A stretch of DNA of 33,090 nucleotides from Octopus bimaculoides. Lineage: Eukaryota. The notes under the pieces are model-generated. The model did not search any database. It was not told the DNA's origin and saw only the letters and a list, made by a program, of their open reading frames with translations. The DNA is taken from contig NC_068982.1 in assembly GCF_001194135.2 (NCBI RefSeq), positions 86,486,646 to 86,519,735 on the forward strand, read 5' to 3'. Numbering within the stretch: position 1 is the stretch's first letter; every line of letters begins with the position of its first letter. Positions 21,747 to 33,090 of this stretch are shown piece after piece. The position numbers were made by a program, and so were the translations under genes.

Positions 21747-21830
21747 GAGGTCAACTCAGCCTTTCATCCTTTTGGAGTCATCCTTTTGGAGTCAGTAAAG
21801 TAAAGTACTGGAGTTGATTTAATTGACTAA
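21747..21830 (+). mobile_element. SINE tail fragment
   Basis: gaggtcaactcagcctttcatccttttggagtc...agtactggagttgatttaattgact resembles the complement of 10520-10590; internal 14-bp duplication. Confidence 0.55.
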
Positions 21831-22059
21831 GCCTTCCCCACTAAAAAAATCTGGCTTTTTGCCCATATTAGAAATAATTATAATCTGCTCAGACTTAGCT
21901 CAACCACAGTTCTAATGCATAAAAGAAGGGCTCATGGTGTAAAAATGCAAACACTGTCTTTTGTGGTCAGATAAGTTAACCTTTATTTTTAAAAAAAACT
22001 TCACAGTAGTGTGTCTATAAGTAGTTTGTATGTTTTATGTGTATAACAGGTCGGACACC

Positions 22060-22930
22060 AGTTTTTTATGTTGGTTTTGGGTTATCACAACAGGTCGTTG
22101 AAGTGTGAGATATACTACATCTTTATTTACAATGTTTTCATTCGTAAGTTATTACAAATATTATTGTTTACTAATTAAAAGCTATAATGATAATCTCGTT
22201 ACTTATAACTTAATTATAAGTATTTATCATTAAGCATAACTCTTAGTTTAGTTTAGGCTGCGTAAATGTTATGATGTATACATGACAAGACGCTGAATGT
22301 GCGTTTATTACGTGCATGTATGTTGAAGATATAGATTATATTTTCTTGACCGTTACACATAAAAAAATACAGTTTTATTAATATACAGAAATAAATTCAA
22401 CAAGTTGAAAGAAACGAGATGTAAAAGGAATTAAGCTTCTACATTAATTTATTATATACATATTTTTTCATTTATAGAAATTTAGAAACAAAGCATTTCG
22501 TTGTAGAGAATTTACGACTTAAATTTATTATTAACTAGTTTCTCGTTCTAACTAATAAGGTTTCACGACAATTCAATATTGTCGGATTTGAGTATTGAAC
22601 ATGGCATATATATTAGCCTATACTNNNNNNNNNNCGGATTTGAGTATTGAACATGGCATATATATTAGCCTATACTCAAAAGGGTGAGTGTCGTGGACTT
22701 GAGTAACATCCAACGATCACTGGAGATTTTGCCGAAAATCAGGGTTTTTATAACTACAAATACACGAATCATAGAACCGTAACCCCGTGAAAGATTTCTT
22801 CAACGAAGTTCATAATTCGTATATGGGCAGTAATTTTTAACCAATGAGAAATCAATAATTTTTCATGTTCGGGCAAACGAACTTACGTTCTCTCTCCGCC
22901 TCTTATGAGTTTGCTACATATGGATAATAA
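22060..22930. promoter_or_regulatory. CpG-retaining region, possible promoter or first exon
   Basis: Visibly more CpG than the flanks; minus-strand GAGAGAAC|GTAAGT donor at 22886. No transcript evidence. Confidence 0.3.
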
Positions 22931-24322
22931 ACACTGCTGTTTTTTTCTTTTGAAAGTAAGATACATGAGAAAATAGAATGAAAAATTTATTTAATTCTTT
23001 GTTATCTGTAAATCAGAGAAAACATGCATGAAAGGAAAACAAAGCAAAACTTCATTCACATTTCAAAATTCACACACCTGAATTTCCATGATTCCCACTA
23101 GTTATGATCAAGTACAAGTACTATATTATCAAAAGGAAAGAGTACTGGATACAATTTACAAAGGTAAAAACTGAAATTAGTAAAAAGAATTTTAAAAAGT
23201 ATCAGAAGAAATGATTACTGATTTATATGTCAGAGATTCAGTTCTGTATTCATATTTCAAGAAATCATACATAATATTCATAGAATTGTTCTGTTTTGTA
23301 CCTTTTTGAATATCAGACAAAATAAAGTTTCTAAAGAAAAACTTTGCCTTGACATACAAAAGCTGGTGGCATAATTACATCCAGATACTCCTCACAGGCT
23401 TTGTTTTCTCATAACTTTCTCAATAACACATACTTCTTAGTGAAATTTTGCAGAGGTGTTTTCGTGATGTAGATGAAAATCATATCGATAGTTTATATAC
23501 ACAAAGAAAACCGTCTTTTTCTTTTACTCAGAAAAGTCCATATTTTTTTAAGCATTCAATAACTTACAAAAACTGAAGATCATAAAAAATAATGATCTTT
23601 GAACAACATTAAAAAAATTGTGACTATCTTTACAAGTAGTCAATTACATAACATCCAAGAAATATCATAGCAACATGTTAGACATTGACAATCATTAGGT
23701 TACATAATCTATGATGCATTATATGGTGTAAACATTTTCAGAGGATGGGCCATAAAATTCATGAAGAAAACTTTATGAATGACTACTTTTAATTACTTTT
23801 TGCATGTAAATCATTATTATAGTTTTTGTGAAATCTAAACATCTGTCACATAACTTCCACTTCAGTTTGCAACTTCCCACTGTATGTATGTACACAGACA
23901 CACACCTATTTCTCAATAATATCATTAAATACTTTTGAACAAAATTATGCATCTGTCTTTCTGTGTGTCTGTATATATAGTATATATGTACACACAGGTA
24001 GTATATATGTACACACAGGTACATATATATGAATTTGACAAAAGTATTGCATCTGTCTATGCTTGTATGTATGTTCTCTTCTGTTTTTAATTATTGAAAT
24101 TATTTCTCAGAGGAAGGAGTTGGTTTCTAACAAAGATATAAAGCTTCATCACTGGAATGTTGATAACAAATACAACATCAGATTTTAAACTTGAGAAAAG
24201 TCTTGCATAATTTTACAGTTACACTTACTATTTACTATTTCTGAAAACTCTAGTATATACAGATTGTCACTTAGATATTTACTCACAAAACCAAGTGCAC
24301 TTATTATTATTGGTATAAATCA

Positions 24323-25110
24323 TCATCATCATCATCATCGTTTAACGTCCGCTTTCCATGCTAGCATGGGTTGGATGATTTGACTGAGGACTGGCAAGCC
24401 AGAAGGCTGCACCAGGCTCCAATCTGATCTGGCAGAGTTTCTACAGCTGGATGCCCTTCCTAATGCCAACTACTCTGAGAGTGTAGTGGGTGCTTTTACG
24501 TGCCACCGGCATGAGGGCCAGTCACACGGTACTGGCAATGGCCACGCTCAAAAAGGTGTTTTTTACATGCCACCTGCATGGGAGCCAGTCCAGCGGCACT
24601 GGCAATGACCTCGCTCGAATGATTTTCTAATGTGCCACCAGCACAAGTGCTAGAAGGCAATGCAGGTAATGATTACGCTCAAATGGTGCTATTTACGGGC
24701 CACTAGCACAGAAGCCAGACAGCTGCTCTGGCAATGAACACGCTCAGACAGTGCTGTTAGTGCTCCACTGGCACAGGTGCCAGTCATCGAGTATGGCTCA
24801 ATTATGATTTCACTCGCCCCAACAGGTCTTCGCAAGTAGAGTTTAGTGTCCAATGGAGGAGAGGTTGGCATGGGTTCCAGTTGTCGGATTTGGTTCGATT
24901 TCGATTTCAAATTTCAAATTCAAAATCACTTGCCTTAACAGGTCTTCACAAGCAGTATTTTTAGTGTCCAATGAGTAAAGATACGAATTAGTGAGCTGGT
25001 TACACTTCTGACAGAGGTCACAGATTATGCTCTCACTTGCCTTGCCGGGTCTTCTCACGTACTGCATATTTCCAAAGGTCTCGGTCATTGGTCATTGCCT
25101 CGGTGAGGCC
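24323..25110 (-). mobile_element. 3' end of an RTE-clade LINE: ORF C-terminus, repeated 3' UTR and (GAT)n tail
   Basis: The minus strand reads LTEAMTNDRDLWKYAVREKTRQGK*, then a UTR with about 65-bp repeats, ttaggaagggcatccagctgtagaaa and aaacgatgatgatg. Confidence 0.8.
24489..24790 (-). repeat. Five diverged tandem units of about 65-66 bp, each with two hairpins
   Basis: Unit starts at about 24489, 24555, 24619, 24685 and 24750. Confidence 0.75.
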
Positions 25111-26838
25111 GGAGGTTTCGAAGTAGTTGTTTATAGTTATCCTCTTTCTCTTTAATATTCAAAGAGCTATTCACATCAACAGGACAGCTGACCTCTGTGA
25201 TGGTACATACTTATTCTAGTTTATTCCAAGCAACAATATCCGGCCTGTTATGTTTACTTGACAGATGTTTTGATGGGAATGTTCCACCAGTATTCCTTGT
25301 GTTGATGTATTCAATAACAAGAGGGATTCTCAGAATTTATTCCAGGACAGTCTTTTTTTTTCAAATGACATTGTATATTGTTTTTGTGACAATGTCATGT
25401 CACATAGGGTGGTAGTACCTTGATATTTTGGGTAGCTGCTAATTACATGTGCTGTTCCTCTCAGAAATATGACAATCTACATTGTATGTATGGCTGAATG
25501 CCCTTCCTAACATCAACCACTCCAAGAGTGTAATGGGTGCATTTTACGTGCTACTGCATCAACCACAACTACAATTTCACTAGGCTTCAGTCTCATGTCT
25601 TCCTGGGTCTACCTCTTCCACAAGTTCCCTCCACAGTTAGAGACTGGCACTTCTTCACACAGCTTCCCTTGTCCATACACATCATATGACTATACCTATG
25701 CAATTGTGTTTTGCATCTGATGCCTCTTATGCCCAACACTTCTCTCAATACACTTATACTCTGTCATACATGCACACTGACATTGCACATCCAGTAAAAC
25801 ATATTAGCTTCATTTCTTTCAAGTCTACGCATGACCTTGGCAGTCACAGCCCGTGTTTCACTGCTATGTAGCATGGCTGTTCACACACAAGTATCATACA
25901 GTCTGCCCTCACTTTGAGAGGCCCTTTGTTACCAACAGAGGTAGGAGCTCTCTGAACTTTGCCCAGCCTATTCTTATTCTTGCAGCTATGCTTTCAGAGC
26001 ATCCACCTCCTCTACTGACTTGGTCATCTAGATAACAGAAACTACCAACTATTTCTAGCTTTCTCCACTGACATTTGATAGAGTTTATTTTCTGTACATT
26101 TTTAGTGTTTATTGTACCTGTGCACCTTCCACACACAAAAATTATTTTCCCTGTTAACCTTTCTCTGACATTGCTGCACCTCTTATGAGCAGGGCAATCT
26201 ACCTGAAAGGATTTGTGATTTGTCTGCTTTCCTGCTTACTAAGACTTTGGTTTTTGCTAGATTAAATCTAAGGCCCTTTGATTCTAGACCTTGCTTCCAC
26301 ACCTGAAATTTCTTCTCTAGTTCTGGTAGTGTTTTGGCTATAAGAGCAAGGTCATCAGCATAGAGGAGCTCCCAGAGGTAGCCCATCTTTAATTCCTCTG
26401 TTATTGCTTGGAAGATTATGAGTACTGATCCTTGTTGAACCCCTATTTGTACTCTGAATTCATTGCTATACTCATTGCCAACCTTCACCTTACTGACAGC
26501 ATCCCTGTACATGGCTTGTACAGCTCCCACCAACCACTCGTCTGTCCCTCTCTTCCTCATTGACCACCAGATAAGGGAGCAAGGGACACTGTCAAAAGCT
26601 TTATCTATATCAACAAAAGCCAGGTACAGAGGTTTATTTTGGGCTAAATATTTCTCCTGCAGTTGCCTAACCAGGAATATAGCATCAGTCATGATCATGA
26701 TTGGCACAAATCCAAACTGCATCTCATCTACACTCTCTTCCTAATTAATTGAGCTATGACTCTTTCTGTGGCTTTCATTGCTTGGTCCAGCAATTTGTGT
26801 CTAAGGTATCACCTTTGCCTTTGTAGCAGTTGACTATA

Positions 26839-28354
26839 CACTGAACTGCAAAAAGAGACATGATTTTTTCAAATGTCACATTTATATGGTAAATTCTGAA
26901 AATTTATCTTGGAGATGTAAGTGCAAATATTCCAAGACATGCTGGTTTATGGCTGAGACCCAAATTGCAAGTAACCTTTCAACTTTCCCTGAAACGAGAT
27001 GTCAAAACGCAGCTGCGTTGAATGCCGTGGGTGGCAGTCACAAACAATTGTCATGAAAAACCGAAATGCACAGGCATCTCATGGAAGTTATGGGTATGAA
27101 AATGAAGTTGAATGGCATTCTTGGCATTCGTAATTTGGATGCATCAAGTATGATCCGATTGATCAGAGAGAACAAGCTATCAGCCAATTGCAAGCAGGGC
27201 AGCATGCTCTGGTTATTGCGAAAGCTTACAATGTCCATGTCAGCACCATCTATCGCCTGCAACAGCAATACAGCAGCACCAACAGCACTGCAGACCGTGT
27301 TCACAGAGGGTGCGATGTTGGTGACCACACCCAGGCAGTACCTGCAACATCTCCATGATCACTTCAGACCAATGAGCATGACAGCTCACAAGACCATTGG
27401 CACTGGACAGCAACCCATCAGCAATGACACCACATGATGTCAACTGGCCACCAATAACCTGTGTTGCTGTCATCCTGCTCAAGGGGCTGTCCTCATTGCC
27501 CACCACCATCAGGCATGATTACAGTGGGCTACACAGCACGACATTGGTGGCATCAACAACAACAATGGAGGTCAATAGTCTTCTCTGACAAGAGCTGGTA
27601 CTGCATTTCCACCTTGGATGACAGACTGAGGGTGTGATGTAGGAGGGGTGAATGCTACAGAGTCACGTGTCATGGAGAGAGATGCATGAGGTGGCCAAAA
27701 CATCATGGTTTGGGGTGCTATAGGCCTAAATCAGAGAATTGGGCCCCATGTGTTCCAAAATGTTGGTGCAGGCAGCGGGAATGGCATCATAGTTCAGTGC
27801 TATGTTGAGCAGATTTTAAGACCTCACATCATGCCCTTCTTTACGCATCACCATAGCCACCTGTTCCAGCAGGACAATGCTCCCTCCCACATGGCCAGGG
27901 TCACCAGAGACTTCCTGCATCAGCACAACTTCAGAATCATGCCATGGCCAGCTCTCAGTCTGGATTTGAACCCAATTGAACTCCTGTGGGAGGAAATCCA
28001 GAGATGGCTGAACCAGGTGGTCCCAAGGCTGACAATTTGTGTGGAACTGGATGGAGGCAGTTTTCTTCAGGGTATGAGCATGGGTGCCAATGGCTTTTGT
28101 CAACTGCCTCATGCACTTGATGGTGTATGGCTGTTTTGAACACCCTGGGAGGGCATACATGCTATTGAACATGTCACGCCCTACAATCTTGATGTGCTGG
28201 ATACGCCCATTACCAGAACACATGACAACAACTGTAGTCAAAGTGCATCCAAGAAATTGGCTTTATCAGATTTATCAAAATTTATCTCTGACATAATGAA
28301 ATTAAAACATATTTCACAGTCACACACGTCTCTCGTTTCTTTTGCAGTTCAATG
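26839..28354 (+). mobile_element. Full-length decayed Tc1-family transposon
   Basis: TA flanks; TIRs cactgaactgcaaaa / ttttgcagttcaatg; transposase motifs VFSD, MVWGAIG, FQQDNAPSH and WPALSLDLNPIELLW (DD34E type). Confidence 0.9.
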
Positions 28355-28457
28355 TAATGCTGTTACATCAATCATTGGGTATGACTACCTCATGGACAAC
28401 CTGATAAACTAACTATACAGGTGTCTAGGCTATATCCTACTCCACCAGATATTTGAA

Positions 28458-28679
28458 TACTTTCGTTATGGTATTTTTTCTGAAATACTCTGTGTTTCTT
28501 TCAGTTAATTTTGAATATAACAAAGAATTTAGTAAAATAACTTAGCTATCATGAAGTTAGTGTTAGGAACATAAATTGTGACTAAGGTTTGGTGGACGAT
28601 TTTAATTCAGAACTTATGAAATTAAGACAGTTGTACTACAGAGCCAGAGGTGGTTTCAGTCAGGTTGGTATCAAAAGGG
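28458..28679. mobile_element. piggyBac-like TTAA MITE
   Basis: Ends aaaaggg|TTAA; the other end is tgaa|tactttcg (degenerate TTAA|CCCTTT). Removing it rejoins the RTE frame AEMLK-ISGGVG. Confidence 0.65.
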
Positions 28680-30121
28680 TTAAGCATCTCAGCAGTGATT
28701 CCTGATGGGCTGGAGGCTTTCCCTGTTTTCATATGCTTAATTGATTTATCTACCAAGCTACTGTCAATTCAGACAGCTTCTCCTTCCTTTGGGTTAACAT
28801 TTGGCAGACTCTCTTTCCCCCATTCATTCTCCACATTTAGCAGCCATTCACAATGACATTTCTAAGCGTATTTCTTTGAAGATTTATTAAGTGCAAGTGA
28901 ACTCTCATTCATGTGGACACATTTCTCCTATGATGTCACAATTTTCTTTCACACACTGTCTTGCAATCCAAAACACTTCAAGTCTCTAGTTCTCAAGTTG
29001 CAGAACATTGGCAAACTTCTTTTCTGCTTCTCAGCATGTCTCCTAGCTTCCCTTCTGGCTATCTGATGCAGTTCCCTGCTACCCCCACTCTTCCAGTCCT
29101 TCCAGGCTCATTTCTTTTCTCTAATGGCCCTGTCAACTACATTGTTTCACTACCATGTCACCTTAGATCAGGAAGTCGCTAACAATTAACCTATGTTGGG
29201 GGATGCATTCTTCACCTGGGAAAGTTTTGGCATTTATAAAAGCCATCTTTCCCATTTTCTGACAAGAATATAGTCAATCTGACTTGTATGCTCACTAGAT
29301 TAATAGTTGAACAGATGACTGGTAAGTTTCTTGAAGTTAGTATTGCAGATCATAAGATCATTTGCATCACAGAACTCCGGCAGCTTGATTCCCTCCTACC
29401 AAATCTGTAGCCACCATGCATGCCATGGAAGCCACCCTGATGCTGTCCAACATGCACACTGAAGTCGCCAGCCATAAAGAGAAGGGCCCTGACATTCATC
29501 AACAAAGCAGTCTGCAAAAGGGTGTCACAAAATCAGTCCTTATGTTCATCAGGTAGTCCTGGCTGAGGGGCATAGGCCAAGATAATGATAACTGTTCCAT
29601 GTTGCTTAAGTATCCTGTAACACACTCTGACTACCTTATTTACATCAACCAATTTCTCAACAAGAAGTATACACATGCCCCCAACTCCATCACTGTTCTC
29701 TACCCAGATTTTATACCTATGCTCTTTGCCTGTGAGGAAAATAGCAGAACCTCCTCTACTTACTTCTTGGATGCAACATACATCTACAAGCCTCTTTTCA
29801 AGCATCTCAGTAATCTCACCAGACCTACCCTTCAATGTGCCCACATTAAATGCACCAGCTCTGAGTGTGTGGAAGGTGTAGGTTGAGGAAACACAGGGAT
29901 GGAGGACAGTATTTTGCAGAAAAATTGCTTAATGATTATTTGCTTACAGTCATTTTTATATTCCTGAGCAGCTTCATGAACTAAATGTTTCTTTTTCTTT
30001 CAGTATTCTTTTACCTTCTTTTACTTTATTCTTTCATGTGTATATATAACCTATATTTCAATGAAGCAAAATATTACTTATTCCAGGTATAAAACAATAG
30101 GTCATGTACTAGTAGGATATG

Positions 30122-30330
30122 ATCATCATTGTTTAACATACACTTTCCATGCTTGCATGGGTTGGACAGAGTTTATTTAAGACAGATTTTCTACGGCTGC
30201 ATGTCCTTCCTGTCACTAAACCTCACCTTTTTCCAAGCAAGGTAATATTTCTCCAAGGCCAGACATGTTGTTGCAGAATATTGGAAATGGCAGTTATTTA
30301 GAACTATCATGCGATGTCAATACAAAGAGA
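30122..30330 (-). mobile_element. SINE-like repeat with an RTE-type tail
   Basis: catcattgtttaacatacactttccatgcttgcatgggttgga...ctacggctgcatgtccttcctgtc shares its tail with 24330-24460. Confidence 0.55.
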
Positions 30331-30352
30331 CAGAAAGACCCCAACACACATA

Positions 30353-31625
30353 CAGAGTATCTGAGCTAAATTTTATAAGTTTTATGTCTCCTTTTATTAG
30401 GAATAGCTTGATGTATTGCTGAACAGTCAATGGCATTGAAAAGCATAAACATTAAAGTTGTAGTTGAGAAAACCTTAACTGATATGGAGGACTGGAAGCC
30501 ATCTGAGTATTGGGAAAGAGTTACCTATATCATGATGATTTGCACCAGGTGTCAAAATATTGACATCATGACTGCTGCTCAATGCTCTGTAAACATTATA
30601 AAAGCTGGAGACATGGACAGCTGCAGTGGAGACTACAAAGCCATGACCAGTAGAAATGGACACAGCAGTTATTCTGACTGTGTGTGCATGCTGGGATTCA
30701 TCCAACAACTGCAGGACAATATGGTGGAAGATCTGAGCAAGGGAATTCAGGCTTTGATGAGAGATGAGTATTGGAGTCACCACCATGAAGCTGGCCCTGA
30801 ATGAGGACTTTTACTAACATTTGTACAAGAGTCACAAAGGACAAATTCTGACAAGGCCAAGGAGAACTGCTTGATGAAATTAAAGAAGTTCCTGAACAAG
30901 CAGAGGCATCTTGTCCAGCCGGGGATGCTCCAGTACTTCCCAAATGAAAAGAACTTCTGCTAGGACCAGCTGCACAACTGGCAGCTTGCCTACAATCCAT
31001 GTGTTGTCTCATGTGTCACGAAAACCAAGTTACCCCAAATTGTGATGGTCTTTGTGTGCGTCTCCAGTGAGGGTGATGTCCGACCCATTTGAATAGGGCC
31101 TTAGGCTCAATTCTGATGCTATGTGAAGCTACTGGAGACTTCTCAAACCCTGGCTGGAGAGGGTTGCTGCTGGAACACCATATATGTGATGGCAAGATTC
31201 GACTCTTTGCCATACCTCCGGAAGGATTCAGAAGTGGTTGGCAGAGAATTTCTACGATTTCGCCAGCCCCAATTTCTGACCTCCTAATTTCCCCAATTGC
31301 ATTCCCATGAATCACTATGAGTGGGGTGTGGTTGAGAAAGACATCAACCATTCTGCCTGCAACACCAAGGTTGAGCTGGTGGCTAAGATCAAGGAGGTGT
31401 TCAAAGATCTTCTCAGGGACACAGTGAGGAATGCATGCACCAATTTCTGGAGATATTTTGAAGCCATGGTGGAAGCTGAGGGTGGTTACTTCAAGTAAAC
31501 TGTTATCTCCAAACCATAATCTAATTATTATTTTTTTGATTTTTGAAAATACTTTTATTTTGGGATGGGATAGTTTTTCTGTTTTCTTTTTTGTGCCAAC
31601 AGTTAAATTTTGCTTGGACACCCTG
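30353..31625 (+). mobile_element. Full-length decayed maT/DD37D-like Tc1-mariner transposon
   Basis: Imperfect TIRs cagagtatctgagctaaattt / aaattttgcttggacaccctg. Transposase remnants: WKPSEYWERVTYIMM, FPNEKNFC, VMVFVCVSSEGDV, QDSTLCHTS, PPNFPNCIPMNHYEWG, EAMVEAEGGYFK*. Confidence 0.85.
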
Positions 31626-31700
31626 TGCGTGTGTGTGTGTGTGTGTGTGCGTACGTGCATGTGCACATGTACATGTGTACATGCAAACACACATACATAT
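31625..31700 (+). repeat. (GT)n and compound microsatellite
   Basis: Direct reading. Confidence 0.85.
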
Positions 31701-31701
31701 A

Positions 31702-32361
31702 CAGCCTTGGCCAAAATTATTGGGCAGGTATGAAAAAATAGAGAATATGATTGAAACTCATTCACATAATGATTGAAAACAATATAATAAACATTCTTGA
31801 GTATATCCCATCAATAATTAATATTTTATATGTTTTCCTTTTGCTTTTATAACCGTTTTAATGCATTTTTGCATATTTTGCATAAATGGTTGGGTGCAAT
31901 TTTCTGCCATTCAATGAGTGATACTAACATTTTTTCCTATTTTTTCAATGAATAGCTTATTGTCAACCTACCGGTAGTTAATCTTTGTTGAAAATGTCTC
32001 TGAATAAACAGATTTCTGAAACTCAAAGGGCTCAAATTGCATTGTTCAAAGAAGGATTATCCCAAGTCAAAAGGGCAAGAAAATTGAAATGCTTCAGAAA
32101 CGGTGTCCAAACAACCATCAAAAGGTACAATGTGACCAATTCTTTCAAAAACCACGATGGTCAAGATCGTAAAAAGTGTACAACTCCGAGGGAAGACAAG
32201 TTGTTGAAGAGGACATCTCTGGCCGATAGGAAAAACACCTCTTCTGACGTAGTTGCTGAGTTTTGGGAAGCAACAAAGAGATATCAAGTTGCACAGTCAG
32301 AAGAAGGTTATTAGAGGCTGGGCTCAAAGGATGTAAGGCTAGAAAGAAACCATGGCTGTTT
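31702..32361 (+). mobile_element. 5' half of a Tc1 transposon (left TIR and HTH region)
   Basis: TA|cagccttggccaaaattattgg terminus; MSLNKQISETQRAQIALFKEGLSQVKRARKLKC...TTPREDKLLKR...TVRRRLLEAGLKGCKARKKPWL, then an abrupt break. Confidence 0.8.
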
Positions 32362-32455
32362 GCAAGGGCCCGGGAACAGGGGGTGCAGCGGGTGCACCCG
32401 CACCCCCTAGAATTTTCAGGGGGTGCAAGATCAAAATTTGCACCCCCTACATAAT
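32362..32455. mobile_element. GC-rich terminus of an unclassified MITE or DNA element that truncates the Tc1
   Basis: Subterminal gggggtgca/tgcaccccc inverted repeats and the palindrome cgggtgcacccg. Confidence 0.5.
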
Positions 32456-32759
32456 CTTACCAGTTGCAGAAAAAAAGTGTCTAAAATCTATCGGTATAAA
32501 ATGCTGAAGTTCGATCTCGTTTCAAAACAAAGAAAAAAATAGATAAAAGTGATGAAGCTAGCATAAAATTCCCTAGGGAGTTCTGAAGGCAAGTAGCATC
32601 AAAATACAAAAAAGTAAGTGACAATAACAACAGTAGCAGCAACAATAACAAGAACAAAACCAGCATGTATGGTTAATTTTGAATGTATAGCATTATTTGA
32701 ATTATTGAAGACAGCTCCCACCCAGTTGCTGTCTGTCAATACTTTTCTCCATCTTTTAG

Positions 32760-32908
32760 TACCACTCCCAAGTTCTTTGTAATTGGTGTTGCTAAAGACT
32801 TAAAACATGGTTGAATAGATTCCACCGTTTGACCCCAGTCTAAAAATAAAGCCCCTTCAGAATTCTTTCAATACAAAACGACTATTATTTGCTTGACCAC
32901 TGCCTGGG
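32760..32908 (+). pseudogene. Exon-like segment with strong splice sites and two in-frame TGA; an open 48-nt sub-exon at 32861-32908 is an alternative reading
   Basis: ttttctccatcttttag acceptor and G|GTAAGT donor; frame TTPKFFVIGVAKDLKHG*IDSTV*PQSKNKAPSEFFQYKTTIILLDHCL. Confidence 0.35.
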
Positions 32909-33090
32909 TAAGTACCTTTTATTCCTCTCTATCTGCTCTTTTTATCCTTCTCTTGAGTTCCTTAGGAAATAGTTTCCTTTTAGCGTTACTACTAACAAAT
33001 CATATCTTAAAGACGTAGTTTAGGCAGAATGCCTTATATATAGACGACTTTCATTTTTTTATCTTGCCTTAATTCTGTCATATTATTAAC

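Larger units (their letters stand above)
25480..29890 (-). pseudogene. Long RTE-clade LINE (EN and RT), decayed, split by a Tc1 element and a TTAA MITE
   Basis: EN: MGTLKGRSGEITEMLEKRLVDVCCIQE...AYAPQPG. RT: KTGKASSPSGITAEML, IPND.CNSI|IVNCYKGKGD across the Tc1, QFGFVP, LAFVDIDKAFD, VQQGSVL, LLYADDLALI, GCSESIAARIRIGWAKFRELLPLL. Confidence 0.9.

Noticed and set aside
22583-22676. Exact 42-bp direct repeat
   Set aside because: The copies are separated only by a 10-N gap, so this is an assembly overlap artefact.
23200-23790. Protein-like fragments (KLVA*LHPDTPHRLCF, SEILQRCFRDVDENHIDSLY)
   Set aside because: There are many stops in all frames and no family was recognised; this may be old coding debris but is not callable.
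24384-24406. CTGAGGA followed by the hairpin ctggc-aa-gccag
   Set aside because: It is followed by AAGG/GAAG rather than GAAA and has no NUH or stem III, so it is not a hammerhead.
24489-24790. CRISPR-like repeat-spacer array
   Set aside because: The context is eukaryotic, the whole unit is repeated with no unique spacers, and there are no cas genes.
30430-30804. 124-aa ORF as a host gene
   Set aside because: It is the N-terminal part of the maT transposase, lying within the TIR-bounded element.
7021-32832. Selenoprotein reading of the in-frame TGA codons in exon-like islands
   Set aside because: TAA and TAG stops occur in the same set, the contexts are not Cys/Sec-like, and no SECIS was seen.

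Overview
This is a repeat-dense eukaryotic window. The SINE and RTE-tail sequences are ones I recognise from Octopus-type cephalopod genomes, so the host is an inference. I can identify no intact host gene with confidence. Most of the sequence is decayed mobile DNA: two related LTR-like repeats, a Gypsy pol remnant, RTE and CR1-like LINE fragments, SINEs, and Merlin, mariner, Tc1, maT and piggyBac-like DNA elements. The main observation is a 6.5-kb L1/Tx1-like non-LTR insertion (12495-19023) carrying two highly diverged ORF1/gag-like regions upstream of one EN-RT ORF2. It is flanked by a 13-bp target-site duplication and sits inside the extended stem I of a minimal type I hammerhead ribozyme of the Penelope/retrozyme kind (19043-19090). 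A second, uninterrupted fold-back copy of this hammerhead repeat, with a mutated core, lies at 20238-20660 and shows the empty site. Also notable are an LTR followed by a 39-nt tRNA-Trp complement that stops exactly at tRNA position 38, a 65-bp structured tandem repeat in an RTE 3' UTR, an inverted Merlin transposase, and scattered plus-strand exon-like islands, several with one or two in-frame stops. All alignments and folds were done by eye; no searches were run.
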